A DNA stretch of 64,000 bases. Source: Harriotta raleighana. Lineage: Eukaryota. This document shows positions 1 to 10,460 of this stretch, piece after piece. Position 1 is the stretch's first letter, and each line of letters starts with the position of its first letter. The notes below the pieces were generated by a model. That model had not been told where the DNA came from. It worked only from the letters and a program-made list of their open reading frames with translations, and did not search any database. The translations under genes were made by a program, and so were the position numbers. The stretch spans positions 1,410,366 through 1,474,365 of the forward strand of contig JBNZDD010013610.1 in the NCBI GenBank assembly GCA_050575255.1, given 5' to 3'.

Positions 1-348
1 TCTATTATAAAAATTATGTGGTAGATGTAAGTCTATGTCACCTACATCACAATGCGATTCTTGTGCCTTCGCCCCGAGCTTTTTCACACATGCTGCCCTC
101 CAAAACTTATTAAAAGTCAATATAGATGTAGGAAGAGCATTTTCTAGAGCTGTCTGTTATTGTCACTGTCCTTCATTGAGAAGCTGTAGGATTGCCGTCA
201 CAGGCCAGTTACTACTCGCTCTAGTCTCAGGCTGTGTATATTTCATCTGTTTGCCGAGGGTAAGAGATTGATTCTTTTCCCTTCATCTGCCAGCGCTAGT
301 TTAACCCGATAGAAATATTGGGAGGCAAGTTCCCATGAACCATCATCT

Positions 349-400
349 CAACAATAACCACAACTTGCATTTATATAGAATCATATAGTCCCAGAATCAT
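349..400 (-). mobile_element. L2-type retroposon tail (TATATAAATGCAAGTTGT variant)
   Basis: ACAACTTGCATTTATATA, also present at ~3775 and in degenerate form at ~37765 and ~43485. Confidence 0.6.
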
Positions 401-701
401 CCCATCCTGCGGTAAGTGATATGATAATTATCTTGGGTGCTAATTACACTTCACTTTCTCCATTTCCACCGTCCCCACCCATATATTGCAAAAGCTCTGC
501 ATAAAAAATTGACACCAACTAAGTTTCTCGTATGTTTTGCTTTGTATCACACTTTTTAAAAAAAATTGCTTGTGTATGTTATGCAAAATGCAAAATAAAT
601 TGCAGTGGTTTTTTTTGCCTTTTTATTCCCATCTCCTCTGTTGAAGTGCTTCTACTTCTTGATGTTGAGATATTAGCAGGCTATTTGACTGGAAGACAGC
701 T

Positions 702-765
702 GAAAGCTGAAGCTAGTTGCTGGCATCCAAACTGTAACCCTGGTTAAGATCAGCTACCTCAACTC
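702..765 (-). mobile_element. ancient tRNA-SINE relic (AmnSINE2-like), short
   Basis: Reverse complement TTGAGGTAGCTGATCTTAACCAGGG..CAACTAGCTTCAG. Confidence 0.4.
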
Positions 766-1751
766 CTTCTATCTCTCCTTCCTCCCACAGTCTAGAGGCT
801 ATTAAACCTCAAGCTTGATGTCATCTATGACTGCTTCTTAATTTATCTCACCCTCTCTCCTTCTCTTTTCAACCTTGGTGGTGTCCTGCACTCTGGGCCT
901 TGGCCCTTCACCTAAGTTTCTCAATAAAAATCGGTTAATTGTGGCCTGTGGCTGAGACTACTGAGAGTTGGACTGGAGAGTTTTGATCTATAGGACCCAG
1001 GGGCGTAGTGCAGGACGACTGCACTCATTGTCTCTCACTGCATCTATCAGAGTCTGTGACAGCTTTTCAGCAGTGAACAAATTAATATTACAATTAAAAG
1101 CGCTCGCCACCAACAGCACTGTGTGCTGAAAAGCCCGTTCTCTTGTATACATATACCAGAGCAGTCAAGCTGAGAATCTTGAGAGTTCCGTCAGAGGTTT
1201 ACCTGACTCGGCAAATCAAAGCCAGGTCACGAGAACGATCGTTCTAATTTTTGTGAACTGGAAGCGACCAGAACAAGCGAGAAACAAAAGTTAAATGTTT
1301 TATTTCAACGGCTATTGACAAAGACATCTCCGCCATTGTAGCTATTGAAGTGGGGGCATGACGTGCTAAGTGATTCTTTGTTGATGTTGGTGAATGATTC
1401 CCGGAGGATGTTACTGCAGTCTAATGATGTGGTCCACACTTTTAATGATTACTGAATGAGCATTGGAGGGACACCGCTCTCTCCATCTCCCTCCCTTCCT
1501 CTAGTATGGGTGGGCGGCTATCCGCGCTGAATCAATAGCTTGTGAGCAATTGATTTTACAGATCAGGAAATGTTTTTAGTCCTCAATATACTACGTTCCC
1601 CCTACACCAGCTTTTTCTTTGAATAAATGAAATACATTGCTCATTTTTTTTCTAGGTGTGATTTACCTTTCATTGCCTAATATCTGTTGCCAGGTTGGTA
1701 CCATTATTAACACAGTCACACACCGGGCACAAATGAATTTTGAAGGTGTTA

Positions 1752-1813
1752 AACATGTCTCGAAGACTTTATAAGATGCTATATCGAACGCAAGGATTAT
1801 TAGTATTATTATT
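1752..1813 (+). mobile_element. SINE tail stub
   Basis: ATAAGATGCTATATCGAACGCAAGGATTATTAGTATTATTATT. Confidence 0.7.
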
Positions 1814-2179
1814 AAGTCACTATAAAAAATACGAGTCCTTTCTTCATTGTGGCTCTTAGTATTTGTTGATATACACTTTGATATATACTCTTTACTTATG
1901 AAGGATCTGTGATAAACATTAAACACTGGTGTGCAAGGCAACTTTCGCATTCTCCTGAAAATAACAATAAATAACATTAAATAAATAACAATAAAGAACA
2001 AAATGAGAAGACAAAATATTAGATAAAGGCAGTTCAATCACTCTAATAGTATCATATTGGATTTTCAGCCACTAGATCTGAATTTTAACGGGAGATTTGA
2101 GCGACTTTACTTAATTCAAGCAATGTCTTAACAAGTCAGCCATGCTTCTAAACCAGTCAGTATACTTTAATGCAGGCTT

Positions 2180-2214
2180 TCGGAGTACAAATAGCCGGAC
2201 GCCCTCCTTTTATA
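2180..2214 (-). promoter_or_regulatory. candidate TATA-box core promoter
   Basis: Minus strand reads TATAAAAG (2214-2207), a GC-rich spacer, and an Inr-like TACT with its A 28 nt downstream, all inside a CpG-retaining unique segment. Motif evidence only. Confidence 0.3.
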
Positions 2215-2912
2215 CACTGTGAAAGGATAAAAGAATAATTAGTCGCAGCAAAGCAACACACACACACTAGAGGCGTGCAAGACAACTAACTGTTCAATGC
2301 ACAAAAGCTCACATCAAGTGACATACATGGGAAAAGCTCAGTCACTCCCTTCATAAATTCACAGGAGACTTCTCCCAGTCTTGCTTCACACAAAACAGGC
2401 CAACAATACCCGGTCTCCAATGACCTTTTGTAATTTTTTTCAAATTGTAATCAAAGTCGAAACACTGGAGTGCTCACACAATGGACTGTTTTCCAGTTCT
2501 CGCTTTGATCCATTCAATAGGGCTATTTTGACACGAGTTTTGATACTTTAAAAAATATGCCTCTCCATAATAAGGTTCATATTTTGTTTTGCCTCTCAAC
2601 GCGTGAGTTTTGTCGCAGCAGAATGTCTGCCTCCCACGAAGACATCCCCTCAAACGCCACAAAGATTTGGGTTATAACGTATTCACTTGAAGTGTTATTA
2701 ACCCTGTATGTGCAGACTTCACAACAACCAGGTTCAGAGTCCATTGACCTGTATGGCAACGTCCCCTTCCCCCTATCCCCACCACCTATTCCATATTTGG
2801 GGAACATTTTTTTCTCATCACACTGCCACCAAAGTAAAGATTAAATTGCAATGTTAAGTTGCTTTGGATAAGGGTTAGGATTTGTGATGTTTTTAGCTGG
2901 AGCAGAGACTGC

Positions 2913-2980
2913 TCAAGGGCTTTGAGACGTCGATAAGATGTGAAAAGCGCTATATTAACTGCAAAGATTATTATTATTAA
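2913..2980 (+). mobile_element. SINE tail stub
   Basis: GCTTTGAGACGTCGATAAGATGTGAAAAGCGCTATATTAACTGCAAAG(ATT)4. Confidence 0.8.
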
Positions 2981-3019
2981 GTACAGTAATAGGGATTTTT
3001 GCAGAGGAAAAAATTTAAG

Positions 3020-3200
3020 TAAATAGATCGATTATTACCACACTGATCAACAAATCAGTAACAAAACAACTTTAAATTGAGGATCATCACCAGAAAGAGA
3101 GGGCACGGTTACAACTTATTTTACATGTAAATTACGCCTTATCATCAATCGAAACAAAATTCTTGACGGTATTTAGAAGGGAACTGGATAAACACTTGAG
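3020..3200 (+). mobile_element. highly decayed CR1 fragment
   Basis: TTTAGAAGGGAACTGGATAAACACTTG (FRRELDKHL) matches the CR1 ORF2 end seen at ~7305-7330. Confidence 0.45.
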
Positions 3201-3766
3201 ACTCTGGCTGAATACACTATGGTACTCTTGTACAATGATACTTTCTTATTCTATAAGCCATACATACACTAACTAAAAGGCACACATGTCTGATTTCACT
3301 AAATGTTTTGAAGTGGTTGAATCCGGACTCCTTTTGTTTGATACACAAGCGTATATACTGAAATTCTGTATATTTTCCCCATGTTATTTCATGTTGAATT
3401 ACCAGGCAGCAGCATCATGCATGGTCCATGATGTTGGTGCCGCTAAGCGAATATTATAAGTAACAGATCAACAAGCTTGAACTGTTCCTAACTTACTGCT
3501 ACACAATGTTTAAAGGGAGCACTGTCTGGTCCAGTAGAATGAGCAATGCTGGATACAAAAGCGAAAGCATTAGCCAACATGTTTTACCCTGGAGTGATAT
3601 GGTTTGCAAGGTCAATAGTCCACTACACCTGAGTGAAAAGTTGAAATGCACCTTACATTATATGCAAAAACAACAAAATTAAACTTATATAGCATCTTGC
3701 AATGAAATTGACTAAACAATCTTTGCGACCATCCATCGATCTTCAAACACAGGTGAAAATGACATC

Positions 3767-3822
3767 CAACAACAACAACTTGCATTTATATAACGCCCTT
3801 CTTGCGAGATAGCATCCCACAC
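3767..3822 (-). mobile_element. L2-type retroposon tail
   Basis: (CAA)4CTTGCATTTATATAACGCCCTTCTTGCGAGATAGCATCCCA. Confidence 0.7.
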
Positions 3823-4540
3823 CTTAAACACAAGATTCTTTGAATTTTGTGATAGATTCTATCATCCGATGTTATCAGACTACCCCCTTTAATAGGCAGT
3901 GTAGTCTGGGGAAAATAAAGGTGTCCTAAAGCAAGAGGTTGGGGTTTTCACCCTCAATCTCCCTGCACATGACTAGACAGACTGGTAAGAGAATATCTTT
4001 GTCTCTGTAATAAGGAGAGTTATTGGATGTGAACACTGTTTCAGGAGCAATGCAGTCCTAATTTTTTAATCAACATCAGTAAATAAGGGCAGGGCTGAGA
4101 ACTCAACTATGTATAGATTGTAACAAATTATTGTAGTTTCACTTTTGTATTAACTTACATTAGGAGTAGACTAATTGCTGTCAGTTTGGTGTATACTGCA
4201 GTTAAACACACACCTGCTTGATATCAAATGTAATGATCTCTTGTAACACTCTTCATTATAACCAAACTACCATTGTCAATCTCCACATCAACTTGCCACA
4301 ACTTTTCACCACCCACTGAAGTGAATTTTTTTTACTGGAAATAAATCGATTTTGCGATGGTAAAATAGGCATGGAATAAACGAACAATTGCCAAAACAAA
4401 TATAAAAATTCCATAAACAAGTGGGGGGTTTCTGAGTGGAACTGATGGAATTTATGGGGAGCGAATAGAAACCATAGACGTTTATAGCAGAAGGACATTT
4501 GGCTCATTGCGTCTGTGTTGGTAATCCTTTCAGTCCCTTT

Positions 4541-4854
4541 TGTGTATTTTGTGAGCAAATATGGCAGCCAATTCTGAGCACAGTAATGTTCCACAAAACA
4601 GCTAGAAAGTGAGTGACCAGTTTTATCTGGGGAATTGTGGGTCAGGACACCAAGAGAAACTCCCTTCTCTTTTCGAATAGTACAGTGGAATTTTTAACTT
4701 CCACTTGAACAGACAGTCAAAACCTCAGTTCAATGTCTCTTCCAGAGGATGGCACCTCTGAACAATGAAACACTTTGTTGTCATCTTAAGTCTTGATGTG
4801 GAGCGTGACACCCACATTCTTCTTACTTGCTAGGCAAGTTTGAGCCAGGCTGAC
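4541..4854 (-). mobile_element. tRNA-derived Deu-domain SINE (family 1, SacSINE1/AmnSINE1-like core)
   Basis: Reverse complement contains GTCAGCCTGGCTCA at the head, then GAGACATTGAACTGAGG..TATTCGAAAAGAGAAGGGAGTTTCTCTTGGTGTCCTG..AATTGGCTGCC. Confidence 0.85.
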
Positions 4855-5000
4855 TCATTGCTGCCTTTACTAAGCATATGTGGTTTCCAGCAAGGGAGGA
4901 CTACCATGTTGTGTGGGTGGGTGGGTGTGCAGAGAGTGGAGGTGGGTGAGTGGTGTGGTTGGGGGAATGAAGCTATTTCAAAGCAATGTGAAGCCGAAAA

Positions 5001-5097
5001 CCTGAGGCCAGTGGCTTGCCTCGGCTGAGAACTGCTAACTCGACCAGTCCAAATTGGGACCTTCCCAGCCTGTGTTGGATCAGCCACTCACTGAGCA
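5001..5097 (-). mobile_element. ancient tRNA-SINE relic (AmnSINE2-like, from recollection of the consensus)
   Basis: Reverse complement GCTCAGTGAG..GGAAGGTCCCA..GAGTTAGCAGTTCTCAGCCGAGGCA..TGGCCTCAG. The core GAGTTAGCTGATCTCAGCC recurs at ~22545 and ~740. Confidence 0.55.
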
Positions 5098-5192
5098 AAC
5101 TCGTCGAGTCATCAGAGAAGTTTATTCACTCTGCTCTTTATCTGTGTTTTCTCTCCTCTGTAGTTGCACTTTTACATTTTTCACTATTCCTC

Positions 5193-5344
5193 CTGTGCGC
5201 AATTTGGCTGCCGTGTTTTTGTCCTCAAATTACACAGTAAATCAATCCACTTAACGATATATTTTCTGCGAAGCCCTTTGAGACGTCTCAACGATGTGAT
5301 AGGGTTCCATATCAGATGCCAGGTTGATTATTATTGTTATGATT
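5193..5344 (+). mobile_element. SINE 3' half
   Basis: CTGTGCGCAATTTGGCTGCCGTG..CTTTGAGACGTCTCAACGATGTGATAGG..GATTATTATT. Confidence 0.85.
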
Positions 5345-6188
5345 TTATTCCTCCCCTTTCACAGCCGTTCAGTTGTACGGAAACTTCCTCCTTGCTGGCT
5401 GCCAGCCAAGAAATTCCTCAGCACCTGCCAATACCAGTGTGGTATGCCTCACATGACGAGAAGCATATTTTCCATTGGGCAAGGATCAAATACACATTGC
5501 GTTGTCCCCTTGGTGGTGTATGTCAGAGACTGTACGCAGCTTGCATTAGCACTGAGACGGAACTCGTCACAAGTGCCAGCCTGTAGCCCACACTGGCTAT
5601 TCAAGCAGTCAGTTCCTGCAGTGAAGCTGTTTCACATAAGCTGCAGTCTCTGTCTTCACTGAAGTTCTACAAGCTATAACAATCAAAGCAAGCATGTTAA
5701 ATGCTGCTCGCAGGTTGCTGTGAATTTCCCAGTGACTGTAATAAAATCATATTCATTCTAACGTGGACTGATGGAAGCTACACGTCAATTACAAAAAATA
5801 ATAAATCCTGGAAATGTTAGAATTTTAAGACTATTCTGTGCTTGGAAGTTTGATTTCTTTTTATTTCTGGAACTCAGAACACACACTCCCCAGAGCAAGT
5901 GTGCTTAGTGTAATATCTAACTCGTCTGCTTATTTTCACTGTTCAGGTGCTTCTGTGCAATATCAACCCATAATTTATAGCAGCAGGACAATCCTAAATA
6001 TTAACCATAAAAGTTGTCTTTTATGGATGCCCAATGGCATGAGTCTGTCAATACCCGGTTAGTTATTCCAATGAGAACTTCACCATCAAACACTTGAAAT
6101 TGCTTTAGGAGGCAATTTTTGTGTTTGAAAAATAAAGCCATTTGAAACATAGAAACATGCTTGTTTAAAAACTTTACAAAGATTAAAA

Positions 6189-6357
6189 AATAATAAGAAT
6201 AATTCTTGCATTTGAAAAAGCGCTTTTCACATTTGTGGGCGAAATGCAGCAGCCAATTGAGCACAGCAGCGTCCCCACAAACAGTAATCATTTTTTTGGG
6301 GGGATGGATTATTATGAGGCACGTGGAGTAAGGAAATTTACCCAAGATTTTGCCCTG
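6189..6357 (-). mobile_element. SINE family 2 (short variant) with an internal deletion
   Basis: TTCTTGCATTTGAAAAAGCGCTTTTCACAT joined directly to TTGTGGGCGAAATGCAGCAGCCAATTG, then AGGCACGTGGAGTAAGGAAATTTACCCAAG..TTGCCCTG. Confidence 0.8.
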
Positions 6358-6419
6358 ATTTAATCTAATGTAATGTAATCTCATCTAATAATTTAATGTG
6401 ATTGGGGTGCTGAAATTAT

Positions 6420-8008
6420 AACAACAACTGTACAATTTATACAGTGCCCTCCACGTCAGGTAACAGGGTACTTAGAGTGATTAACAGTGATGGAGCCTGA
6501 CTCCAAGCCATGGGGAGATGGGGCAGGGGCAGGTTTGGGAGAATATGGTCATAAGCACAGTTGAAGAGGAAGGTTTTCAGGTAGGAATTGAAAAGTCATA
6601 GGGAAGGGCCAAGGTGGAGGGACTGAGGGAAAATGCTCCAGAGTTTTGTGGCATAGTGGCTGAAAGTGTAACCTTCGATGGTGAGGTGGAGGCTGCGAGG
6701 AGGAGGTCGGTGCCAGTCGAGTGGATGTTCCAGATGCTGGTTTGGAGAGTGAGGAGGTTGTTCAAGTAAGTGAATCATTAAAGGTAGCAGGGCAGGTAGA
6801 TAAGGCAGTAAAAAAAAGGCATTTGGTGTATTGAGCTTTATTAGTAGGGGCATAGAGTTTAAGAGTAGGGAAGTTATGCTTAATTTGTACAAAACACTGG
6901 TTAGGTCTCAGCTGGAGTACTGCATCCAGTTCTAGACACCTTACTACAGGAAGGACATTAAGGCACTGGAAAGGGTGCAGAGGCAATTCACAAGAATGAT
7001 TCCAGGAATGGGGAACCTTAGCTATGAGGACAGGCTGGAGAAGTTAGGACTTTTCCCATTAGAGAAGAGAAGATTACGTGGGGACCTGATAGAGGTCTTC
7101 AAGATCATGAAAGGTTTCGACAGGCTAGATAGGGAAAAGCTGTTTCCGCAGGTAGGTGTGTCTGTGACCCGAGGTCACAGTCTCAAGGTATCTACCAAAA
7201 GAAGCAGAGGGGAGGTTAGAATAAATTTTTTCACTCAGAGAGTTGTTCGAATTTGGAATGATTTGCCTGAAAGGGTAGTGAGGTCCGATTCGATAGCAGC
7301 TGTTAAGAGAGAACTGGATAGGTATCTGGGGAAGACGGCTTGCAGGGTTATGGGGAGAAAGCTGGTGATTGGGGTTAATGAAAGTGACATTGCTCTGTCA
7401 AAGAGCCGGCACAGACTCGATGGGCCGAATGGCCTCCTTCTGTGCTGTAACATTCTACGATTCTATGATTCTATGAAAGATAGGGAGATGCCAAGCAAGT
7501 GAGTGGATTTGAACATGAATGTGAGGATCATGAAGTCGATCCATTCGGTGAAGGGGGAAACCAGTGGAGCCTGGCCAGAAATGGTCAGATGTGGGCACAG
7601 AGTTTGGTCTGGGTCAGGATGTGGGCCTCAGAGTTCTCAATCAGTTGCATCTTTTGAATGGTGAAGCTGGGGAGAACAGTGAGGAGTAATCCAAGCGGGA
7701 GGTGCAAACATAAAACGCATGCACGAGGGCTTCAGTTGCATTTGGGTTAAGGTACGGTTCGGATGTGAACAGTGTGGTGGAGGTGGAAGAAGGTGGTCCT
7801 GGTCAGGGACCGGATGAAGGGAAGGGAAGGACAGCTGGGGGTCAAACCAGATGTCTGGATTGCACACTGGTTTTGTGTGTGTGAGAGAGAGCCTAAGCAG
7901 GTTAAAGAGTTTAGCAACACAGGAGTGAAGACGTTAATGGGAGCAAAAGGAGAATGGCTTCCGTCTTGTCCATGTTCAGCTGCAGTAAGTTTACACTCAT
8001 CCAGGCAA
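6420..8008 (-). mobile_element. L2-clade LINE, 5'-truncated and decayed, interrupted by a CR1 insertion at ~6765-7477
   Basis: Minus-strand frames give L2 ORF2 C-terminal motifs across frameshifts: AWMSVNLLQLNMDKTEAIL, WFDPQLSF, FFHLHH, ATEALVHAF, TSRLDY, LARLHW, LASPYLNNLL, TIEGYTFSHYATKLWS, YLKTFLFNCAY. These are followed by a 3' UTR ending in (GTT)n at 6420. Confidence 0.92.
6765..7477 (+). mobile_element. CR1-clade LINE 3' fragment (ORF2 C-terminus plus 3' UTR), relatively young
   Basis: Translates as LEYCIQF*TPYYRKDIKALERVQRQFTRMIPGM..LSYEDRLEKLGLFPLEKRRLRGDLIEVFKIMKG..TRGH..FFTQRVVRIWNDLP. It has a GGCC-GAAT-GGCC hairpin and a terminal ATTCTACG-ATTCTATG-ATTCTATG octamer tail at 7452-7475. 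An in-frame TAG lies at 6933-6935. Confidence 0.97.
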
Positions 8009-8499
8009 TTTAATACATTTGTATTCATCTCTTTTTAGCAGTTCAATGATAATTTGTAGAGACACTGGGATCTATAACATCTCCATAAATGCTGTATAGA
8101 TTTACTATTTGGTGTTTGAAATGCTGTTGTTGATTTCATATCTATCACTGCTACACGATAATAGGCATTGTCAGTTGAATAATAGGCAATGAAAGTCCCT
8201 GAGAATCAACACCTTCTGGCATTAATTACATTTTTGACTGCGTTTAATTTAACAGCCAGAATAAGTCAGCCCCAAGTTCCACTCATTTTATACATCAGCT
8301 GACTATATACTGCGTTAATGTATTGTAGATGACGAGTACCAGGAATGGCATGGCACAGCAATCTCATACCATAAACCCACACCCCCACCCATAAATAACA
8401 TTGAACCCATCTCCTCCTCACCCACCGGTGTAATTATAAAAGTGTCTCAGTGATTCTATCGTACTGGCCAAAAATGCTTATTTTTCAGTTACCCAATAA

Positions 8500-8676
8500 T
8501 AAATTAGTCATTTTCAATCCACGACTGTTTGTGGGACACTGATCTGTGCAATTAACTGCTGTGTTTCGCTCACAAATATACAGTCAATTCATGTTACAGT
8601 ATATTTTGTGAAGCTCTTTGAGTCATCGACTAAATGTGAAAAGCGCTATATCAAATGCACGGATTATTATTATTAT
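8500..8676 (+). mobile_element. SINE 3' half
   Basis: CAATCCACGACTGTTTGTGGGACACTG..AAAAGCGCTATATCAAATGCACGG(ATT)n. Confidence 0.9.
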
Positions 8677-8745
8677 CTAAAGAAAATCATTATTTCTTTA
8701 AGGCTTATCAGATATTGTAATAGCATCACGACTTTTTAGTCACCC

Positions 8746-8845
8746 TTCACATTTACTTAACAATACATTCTGCATAGCGCTTTGAGATGTCTCAACAACG
8801 TGATAAGGCACCATATCAAACACGAGGATTATTATTTTCATTATA
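8746..8845 (+). mobile_element. SINE tail
   Basis: AGCGCTTTGAGATGTCTCAACAACGTGATAAGGCACCATATCAAACACGAGGATTATTATT. Confidence 0.8.
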
Positions 8846-10284
8846 ATTAAAGTGACATTGCCGCAGTATAATTTTAAGATGTGTCTAAACTGCATCTCTT
8901 TGTGTGTTTTTGCTAAAGAAATCCCAAATCATTTTGTGTTAAAAATCACCAAACCATACTGATCTGCTGTGATTCAAGGATACTGCATTCCAAGATAATG
9001 TACATTCTTGGTCTTAAAAATTAAGGGGGGAAAAAACAATGGAACTACACAAAAACAAGTCTTTATATGACTGGTGCTTGTTGCCTAGTAGTAGTTTACA
9101 TTCCCAAATCACATGTTAATATAATGCATGTAATTTGACACAGGAAGTAATTATTTTGCATCATGTTTGTCAACAAATGAAGAAACCTTGCATGGAAATA
9201 AATTATTAACACTGTGTATTTACAGGTTGAACAGCCCAGCATCAATGTCTGAGATTTTCTTTCGAAGCAAAGGATTCAAAACACCCAAATGGTTAAAAAT
9301 ATTACCATTAGGTTTCCATGGCAAAGCCATATAAGTTTTAACAGCTTCATGGGGCTTTTTTTGAATATAAAAAAACTTCTAATCAGCACTCAGCAACAAA
9401 ATAAAGTTTTCTTTAGCATTCATTACTCCCATTTGTGGTTGCACCCAAAAGATTTTGTTCGTTGACATACAGAGACATCTTTCATTATAATGTGCTTCCT
9501 TTGCAAGTATTTGAATATTTTCCTTCTCAAATGTTATAGAATTACTAGCCATAAAATGACCACAAAACCTATATTTTTAAACATTTTTACTTGGTAATGA
9601 TTTATTATGACAAAACATCCTTACTTAGTTGTGGAATTAAATTTCAGATTGTCGAATGAATCTTTCCTCCCCACCCCTCAATACAGTGATGTTCTCAGCA
9701 TTTACCTTCTCCATATTCTGATTTATTCAGTATGCACTGTCAGACCTGTGCAGCCGCTGTTTAAAGCGCACCCTTTGACTGCCAGAGTTTAATGTTCCGT
9801 TTGCATGTGTAAATCACACAGTGTGATCAGTAATATGCAATTCTGCTATCCAAACATATGCAAGTTATTAGACTCCAATGAGGTTGTCGCTGGTTAGTAA
9901 TCGCAACCACAAAATTGGGTTAATCTGTAGACTGGTATTAACAGTAAGATGAATTTAGGTATCCTATAATTTTAGGAATTTTAAGGGTAGTGACATAATC
10001 CCTTTATAAATAAACAAAAATATCCACCATTCCATGATTTGCTGACGTGAGCACAGCATGTTACAGAAAGCAGAAAGAGGAATAACATTCTATATAACAC
10101 GATGGCTCACCAGCTACATTAAAACACCAGGAAAACAATTTATTTTTAATTATTACTGTTTCAACGCATCAAAAACCATGGCAGTGTGACGAGTTGGATG
10201 TGACTTGTATAGTGAATTATTTAAATAATTTTAAACATTGCCCCATTTGCTGCTATATTTTTGCAAGTGGGATTTCTGAAAAGT

Positions 10285-10460
10285 CGGGAGTTGATTAATA
10301 TTTTCCATTGTCCTGTAACCATAGCAATAGGGTCAGCACATATAATACTTAATTTAATCTTCCCCCTGCTTGTGTGCATCGCCAGTGTCCAAATAATAGA
10401 AAGCCTTGCGTTTCTCAACTGTTATTATCTGTATCGCCAGACCTTCACATGACCAAGAGG
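10285..10460. promoter_or_regulatory. candidate enhancer / conserved non-coding element
   Basis: TGATTAAT (PBX-HOX-like, 10292), CATTGT (SOX, 10306) and GTAACCATAGCAAT (RFX X-box-like, 10315) within 40 bp of unique sequence. Conservation not tested. Confidence 0.35.

Noticed and set aside
1663-2037. 124-aa ORF with a hydrophobic N-terminus (membrane protein-like)
   Set aside because: The hydrophobic runs come from a T-rich low-complexity tract and the antisense (ATT)n tail of a SINE. No recognisable homology.
6975-7502. Longest ORF (175 aa) as a host gene
   Set aside because: It is the CR1 ORF2 C-terminus, preceded by an in-frame stop and 5'-truncated, with no reverse-transcriptase core.
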